64,000 nt of DNA from an uncultured Nitrososphaerota archaeon (GTDB lineage: Archaea > Thermoproteota > EX4484-205 > JAAOZO01). Of the stretch, positions 59,067-64,000 are shown piece after piece. The translations under genes were made by a program, and so were the position numbers. Every line of letters begins with the position of its first letter. The stretch's first letter is position 1. The DNA lies in the NCBI GenBank assembly GCA_964408285.1, contig CAYOYV010000001.1, forward strand, positions 219,841 to 283,840, read 5' to 3'. The notes under the pieces were generated by a model. That model saw nothing but the letters and a program-made list of their open reading frames with translations, did not search any database and was not told the origin of the DNA.

Positions 59067-59515
59067 TGAAAGCTCTCGTTATCTGTCTTGGGAATCCCAT
59101 CAGGAGCGATGATGCGCTGGGGTGGGGGATTGCAGACAAGATCTCCGATGACGTTCCAAGCGAAGAAGTGGAGGTGATCAAGGTGCATCAGATAGTCCCA
59201 GAGCTTGCTGAAGAGGCCGCGCATGCGGACTTGCTAGTTCTGGTCGACTCAAGTATGTCAGGCACCGAGGTGACCGAACTGCAACCTGGGAGATCCGATC
59301 TCACTAGGTCAACTCACTCCTTTGCGCCTCAGGATCTCCTGAACATGATTCTTGAAACCTATGGGAGATGCCCGAAGGCATTTCTCGTTGGTGTAGGAGG
59401 AAGTAACTTCAGTGTCGGATCGATGCTTTCTCCATATGCAAAGAAGGAAGAGGAAAAGGCGGTCAGATTAGTACTCGATCTATTGGGGAAAGAGGGTCAT
59501 CTTCCAGTCGAATAG
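59066..59515 (+). CDS. hoxW: Hydrogenase maturation protease
   Basis: GNPIRSDDALG, HQI.PELAE, VD, TH. Confidence 0.88.
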   Translation: MKALVICLGNPIRSDDALGWGIADKISDDVPSEEVEVIKVHQIVPELAEEAAHADLLVLVDSSMSGTEVTELQPGRSDLTRSTHSFAPQDLLNMILETYGRCPKAFLVGVGGSNFSVGSMLSPYAKKEEEKAVRLVLDLLGKEGHLPVE

Positions 59516-59564
59516 GCTATTGCCGCTTATCTAAGGAACACCTGAACAACTGTGATCGAGGGAT

Positions 59565-60074
59565 CTATCGGCTGGCCTGTCCGGTCATTAGTTCCATCAA
59601 CGCCATCTTAACAGCCTCTTTGCCTGAATCTCTTGCCGCTTGTTCAAGTGTCGTGTACTTCAGTGCTTTCTTTGGGCAGTATTCAACGCATTGAGGGCCC
59701 CCAAGGTCATTGCAGAAGTCACAGGCAAAAACTATCCTATTTTCGAGATGCAGTCTCATCGCCCCGAACTCGCAGGTCTCTATACACCATCCGCACCCGT
59801 CACACTTGTCCTTATCTATCACGATGGAACCATCTGAAAGGACCTTCACCGCTTTTTTCGGGCAAGCCCTCTCACAAGTGGGCTTCTCGCATTTCCGGCA
59901 TGCTAGCGCTATATTCAGAAAAGGTTCAATTCTCAATACCCTTATTCTAGATTTCTTTGGATTTATTACCTTCTCCTTGGTAACAGAGCAGACATACTCG
60001 CATATTCCGCACCCGTTGCATTTCTCAATGTCGCAAACAATTATCTTGTGCAGTCTTTGGGTCTTCGCTTCCAA
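59565..60074 (-). CDS. 4x[4Fe-4S] electron-transfer subunit of AOR
   Basis: CNGCGICEYVC, CRKCE.P.C...CP, CDGCGWC...C, CDFC...CVEYCP. Confidence 0.88.
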   Translation of the reverse strand: MEAKTQRLHKIIVCDIEKCNGCGICEYVCSVTKEKVINPKKSRIRVLRIEPFLNIALACRKCEKPTCERACPKKAVKVLSDGSIVIDKDKCDGCGWCIETCEFGAMRLHLENRIVFACDFCNDLGGPQCVEYCPKKALKYTTLEQAARDSGKEAVKMALMELMTGQASR

Positions 60075-60080
60075 ACTCTA

Positions 60081-61958
60081 TCACCCTTGCGTCTGACGAT
60101 CCTGAGTGACCTCAAGCCTCTGGGAAATCTCTTCCCCGTCTTTCTGTAGTCCCAGTTCCCGAAGCTTCTTCATGGTCGGAATCCCCTCCTTCGTCCAGCC
60201 TCTAGCGTCATAATATCCGTCGAGCGCCTCATCGTATTCCGCTTTTGTGATCTTGGCCCCCTTGACTGGGTCGTCAGTCATTTCTTCTTCGAACGCTCTG
60301 GGAGGAGGGTAGTCATCTTTCCTAGAGGCACCGTGGCGGACATTGAAGCACTTGGCCAGATTGTGAATTCTTTCTCCTGCCAACAGAAGGAGATTGCCCG
60401 TCATGTCGATCCCCGTCGCCAATGTATACAGTCTTGCGAGTTCGTCCATCGACTTGAACACTCCCCTAGAGAATTTGCATATTATGAGGGAGTCGATTAT
60501 CGCATATTGATTCTCTCCATCGTACACAATTTTCCCTCTACTGTAGTCGAGCTTGAATCTGTCGACTTCTCCTTTCACATCAACCTGATACGATCCTGAA
60601 CGCAGGTAATCCGCTCCTCTTATCGAGGTCGCGAAGCCAAGGGTAGAAGTCTTGAGGGACCTCATCGAGTAGGCTCCCCACTCCATCCCCTTACAATGAA
60701 CCGCGAATCTGTCTGAACCCTTGCCCAGAAGAAGGGAAGCCCTTTTCACGCCCTCCGCAAGCAGGCTGCCGAGCTTGCCCTCTCTCAGCGAAAGCCTCCT
60801 GAGGGCCTCCATCATTGCCTCCGCATTCCCGAATCTGAGGTCAATCCCTTCTGTCTCATCGGAATCCAGTATCCCTTTCTCATAGCATTCCATCGCCCAT
60901 GCGATTGTCACTCCTGCCGAAATCGTGTCCACGCCAAGCGTGTCACTGAGCTCAACCGCCTTTGTAATAGCATCGAGATTGCTGACACCACAGCAGGGGC
61001 CAAGCATATCTAGGGATTCATAATCTACACTCGCCACAGTTCCCTTGTAGGGCCCGTCCTTCACCTCGTTGACGTGATCGCACGCAATTGAGCAGTTGTT
61101 GCAGGCCATGACCTTCCGAACATGGGTCCTCAGCATTGTCTCGCCCGAAACTTCTTCAGCATTCTCGAAAGTCCCCTTCTGGAAATTGTAAGAGGGCAGA
61201 CAACCCAGCTTATTGTGGACAAGCACGTTGGCAGGTGTACCGTAAGTTCTGTACTTCTCGGTCTTTGGGCCTTGGAGTCTCTCATTCAACTCCATCGAGA
61301 ATTTCATCAGACCTTCGAGGTCAGCCACCTCGACATCCTTGGTGCCTCTCACAGCGACGGCCTTCAGTCTCTTTGAGCCCATCACAGCTCCCATGCCCGT
61401 TCTTCCAACCTGCCTGTTCCTATCATTGGTTATGTTCGCCATCCTGACTAATCTTTCTCCTGCTGGGCCGATGCACGCGACCCTTATCGTGTCGTCTCCC
61501 AATTCCTCTCTTATTGCCTCTTCAGTCTGCCATGTTGTTTTCCCCCAGAGACCATTCCCATTCCTCAGTTCTGCATTGTCATCGTCTATGAACAGATACA
61601 CAGGCCTGTCTGATCTCCCGGTGAAGATTATGCCATCCCATCTTGCACTCTTGAGCTCAGAGGCAAAGCCGCCCGACGAAATGCCAAATCCAAAGAATCC
61701 CGTAAGTGGAGAACGAGCAAACACAGCATATTTGTTTCCGACCGGTGCTATCGTCCCGGCAAGGGGTCCAGTCCACCAAGCCAAGATGTTCTGAGGCGAA
61801 AACGGGTCAGTGCCTGCAGGCACATTATCGAACAGAGTTCTTGCTCCGAATCCATAGCCTCCGATATAACCAGAGGCCATCGCTTCATCCAATCTCTCGG
61901 GAGCTATCTTTCCGGATGTCAGATCCACCCGCATATACCTGCCTGCGTAACCCTTCAT
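60081..61958 (-). CDS. aor: Tungsten aldehyde:ferredoxin oxidoreductase
   Basis: GYAGR..RVDL, SPLTG, IGPAGE, GR.GMGAVMGSKRLKA, C..C.I.C, DYE, GVDTIS, Y..RGW..EGIP. Confidence 0.94.
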   Translation of the reverse strand: MKGYAGRYMRVDLTSGKIAPERLDEAMASGYIGGYGFGARTLFDNVPAGTDPFSPQNILAWWTGPLAGTIAPVGNKYAVFARSPLTGFFGFGISSGGFASELKSARWDGIIFTGRSDRPVYLFIDDDNAELRNGNGLWGKTTWQTEEAIREELGDDTIRVACIGPAGERLVRMANITNDRNRQVGRTGMGAVMGSKRLKAVAVRGTKDVEVADLEGLMKFSMELNERLQGPKTEKYRTYGTPANVLVHNKLGCLPSYNFQKGTFENAEEVSGETMLRTHVRKVMACNNCSIACDHVNEVKDGPYKGTVASVDYESLDMLGPCCGVSNLDAITKAVELSDTLGVDTISAGVTIAWAMECYEKGILDSDETEGIDLRFGNAEAMMEALRRLSLREGKLGSLLAEGVKRASLLLGKGSDRFAVHCKGMEWGAYSMRSLKTSTLGFATSIRGADYLRSGSYQVDVKGEVDRFKLDYSRGKIVYDGENQYAIIDSLIICKFSRGVFKSMDELARLYTLATGIDMTGNLLLLAGERIHNLAKCFNVRHGASRKDDYPPPRAFEEEMTDDPVKGAKITKAEYDEALDGYYDARGWTKEGIPTMKKLRELGLQKDGEEISQRLEVTQDRQTQG

Positions 61959-61961
61959 CAG

Positions 61962-62264
61962 TCAGCCACCGCCAGCCAACGGAACTGCGAAGACCACCTT
62001 GTCTCCTGATCCTATCCGAACATCCTTGTGGCGGGTCGGAGGCAAGATCGTTCCGTTCAATATGACCATTGTCTGATCGCTATTGAGTTGGCCGGTCTCC
62101 TCAATGGTAACCCTCTTCCTGAAATTAGAACCAAACAATGCAGAAAGCCTGTCAAGTAGCTGTTCAAGTGAAACACTTCCGTCAATCGGTATTGAGATCC
62201 TCCTCAATCCGGACAATTCCCTGAATGGACCAATGAATTCGACCGTGACGGCACTTTCCTGCAT
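61962..62264 (-). CDS. moaD: MoaD/ThiS (SAMP-like) ubiquitin-fold protein
   Basis: V.F.GPFRE..G, ILNG, GD.V...P..GG C-terminus. Confidence 0.88.
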   Translation of the reverse strand: MQESAVTVEFIGPFRELSGLRRISIPIDGSVSLEQLLDRLSALFGSNFRKRVTIEETGQLNSDQTMVILNGTILPPTRHKDVRIGSGDKVVFAVPLAGGG

Positions 62265-62393
62265 TGCCCTAGGATTCGCGAAGAAAAGTGGCTTAAAACC
62301 TTATTGGGTCATAACCCCACTTTACAGAGAGACCAGACTTCAGATTCCTCCCTATGATTCTCAGGGATTCCTAACGCATATAAGGGGCTAATA

Positions 62394-63245
62394 ATGAATC
62401 ATGCGTGCGATTTGGCAGGCACTGGACTACGAACCGCAACTGAGGAGAACGAAGGCTCTATTGTCATCCGTCAGCGTTTTTACGTTGATGAGGTGGCCCT
62501 CACGATAGACAAGAAGCGATGCATCCTCTGTGATATTTGCACAAAGATATGTCCGAAAGAAGCAATAACTTTGCTCAGATCAGGGAATTGCGTCCACCTG
62601 AGCGTGGATCCTCAGAAATGCGTCCTGTGTGGCGCCTGTGAGCCGCTGTGTCCCACGAAGGCAGTGAGAGTTAGCGTGAACGGGGTGAATGACAACATCC
62701 TTCTCAGGGCATGTGGGCTCCCTCAAGGTTTTCCGAAAGTCAAGGTCGACAAGAGCAAATGCCCGATTGATTGCTTCAAGTGTGCAAACGCCTGTCCAGT
62801 AGGCGCCGTAAACATTGACCCAAGGCATGAACTAGCAATAGATGAGGACAATTGTCTGCGATGCCCTTGGTGTATTGACGCGTGCGACAAACAAGCAATA
62901 ACAGTCAATCCAATCTTCCTTGGCACGATTTCTATAGACACATTGAGATGCAGTGAGAATTGTGATCTATGCGTGAGATCCTGTCCCACAAAGGCAATCT
63001 CAATGATGAACAATGAAGCCAGGATCAATGCGCGTTACTGCAACTTCTGTGGGGCGTGCTTGATCGCGTGCAAGGACAACGCGATCTCCATGAGAAGGTA
63101 TCATGTCTTGGTCAGTGAGGGATTCTCAACAATATGGTCTTCTGCGCTGAGGAAGATAACCGACGAAAGACTAGCCACGAGGCAGTTCGACCAACGGACC
63201 AAAAAAAGGATAGTCTCTATAATAAAGGATTCGGGGTTGATCTGA
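62394..63245 (+). CDS. Polyferredoxin (six [4Fe-4S] motifs)
   Basis: Six CxxCxxCxxxC(P)-type motifs. Confidence 0.88.
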   Translation: MNHACDLAGTGLRTATEENEGSIVIRQRFYVDEVALTIDKKRCILCDICTKICPKEAITLLRSGNCVHLSVDPQKCVLCGACEPLCPTKAVRVSVNGVNDNILLRACGLPQGFPKVKVDKSKCPIDCFKCANACPVGAVNIDPRHELAIDEDNCLRCPWCIDACDKQAITVNPIFLGTISIDTLRCSENCDLCVRSCPTKAISMMNNEARINARYCNFCGACLIACKDNAISMRRYHVLVSEGFSTIWSSALRKITDERLATRQFDQRTKKRIVSIIKDSGLI

Positions 63246-63246
63246 T

Positions 63247-64000
63247 TTGACTCAGATTTCTGGGGGTGAAGTGCCGAGAATAGGCGTCTTCGTGTGTCAT
63301 TGTGGTAAGAACATAGCAGGAGTTGTGGATTCCGAAGCCGTGTCGAAATATGCCGGCCTACTCCCGGATGTCGCGCATTCCGTGGCTGATATATATACAT
63401 GCTCTGAAGCTGGTCAGGCAGAGCTCAAAAAGGCCATTAAAGAATACAATCTGAACAGGATAGTCGTCGCGGCATGTTCTCCAAAGATGCACGAGGTGAC
63501 ATTCAGGGCTTGTGTTTCGGATGCAGGACTGAATCCATATCTCATGGAGATGGCGAACATAAGGGAACACGATTCTTGGGTTCATATGCGAGAGCCGGAC
63601 AAGGCGACCGAGAAAGCCAAGGATCTAGTAAGGATGGCCGTGGCGAAAGCTCGTCTTCTCGAGCCCCTTGAACCGATTCTTGTCCCAGTCACGAAGAGGG
63701 CATTGGTGATTGGAGGCGGAATTGCTGGCATGAGGACCGCTTTGAACGTAGCAGAGGCTGGCTATGAGGTCGTTCTTGTGGAGAAATCGCCTTCACTTGG
63801 GGGGAAGACTCTGCTACTGGACAAAACATACCCAAAGATCGATTGCACGTGGTGTCAACTGCAGAACACGATCAACAATGTCCTCCTCAACAAGAACATA
63901 AGGCTTCTTACTCTCACTGAGGTAGTTGACATAAAGGGCTTTGTGGGGAACTTCAAGGTAACTGTCAAGAGGAGTCCTTCGTATGTCTCCGCGGATTGCA
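63247..64000 (+). CDS. hdrA: Heterodisulfide reductase subunit A-like flavoprotein, 5' part (not in ORF track)
   Basis: Manual translation from TTG 63247: RIGVFVCHCGKNIAG, AACSP, MANIREH.SWVH, IGGGIAG, DKTYPKIDCTWC. Confidence 0.92.
   Translation, partial: MTQISGGEVPRIGVFVCHCGKNIAGVVDSEAVSKYAGLLPDVAHSVADIYTCSEAGQAELKKAIKEYNLNRIVVAACSPKMHEVTFRACVSDAGLNPYLMEMANIREHDSWVHMREPDKATEKAKDLVRMAVAKARLLEPLEPILVPVTKRALVIGGGIAGMRTALNVAEAGYEVVLVEKSPSLGGKTLLLDKTYPKIDCTWCQLQNTINNVLLNKNIRLLTLTEVVDIKGFVGNFKVTVKRSPSYVSADC

Noticed and set aside
1-64000. CRISPR array, transposase, integrase or provirus
   Set aside because: No regularly spaced repeats or mobile-element proteins seen; GIY-YIG DUF123 and Mrr-like genes are common chromosomal archaeal genes
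52124-64000. Selenocysteine in Fdh, HoxH or HdrA
   Set aside because: All relevant positions read Cys (RLCH, DPCLSC, DCTWC)

Overview
Ordinary-looking chromosomal DNA (~50% GC) from an anaerobic archaeon, most likely TACK/Thermoproteota. This placement rests on eS25, Rpo6, thermosome, AMP phosphorylase, TATA/BRE promoters, overlapping ATGA/TTGA gene junctions and a BHB-type tRNA intron. I found no CRISPR array, transposase, integrase or provirus. The window holds about 75 mostly housekeeping or metabolic genes. It ends in a redox island: fdh alpha divergent from hoxEFUYHW, moaD-aor-ferredoxin, and polyferredoxin-hdrA. Elements missing from the ORF track: tRNA-Cys(GCA) with a 10-nt intron; a box C/D sRNA whose D guide fits 16S C1402; a 55-aa histone-H1-like Lys/Pro peptide; a 37-aa Glu/Trp polyacidic peptide; a disrupted DUF47 gene; an Fe-S gene split by an in-frame TGA. 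The strongest signals are (i) a reverse gyrase with an intact topoisomerase IA domain but an eroded helicase/ATPase domain, (ii) a MurNAc/GlcNAc scavenging cluster (GH84, class I GAPDH, BadF-type pseudokinase, intact MurQ), and (iii) several full-length ORFs that have lost catalytic residues (thermosome, MobA-like, BadF kinase, SufS-like, PiT). All assignments come from reading motifs by eye; no database searches were run.
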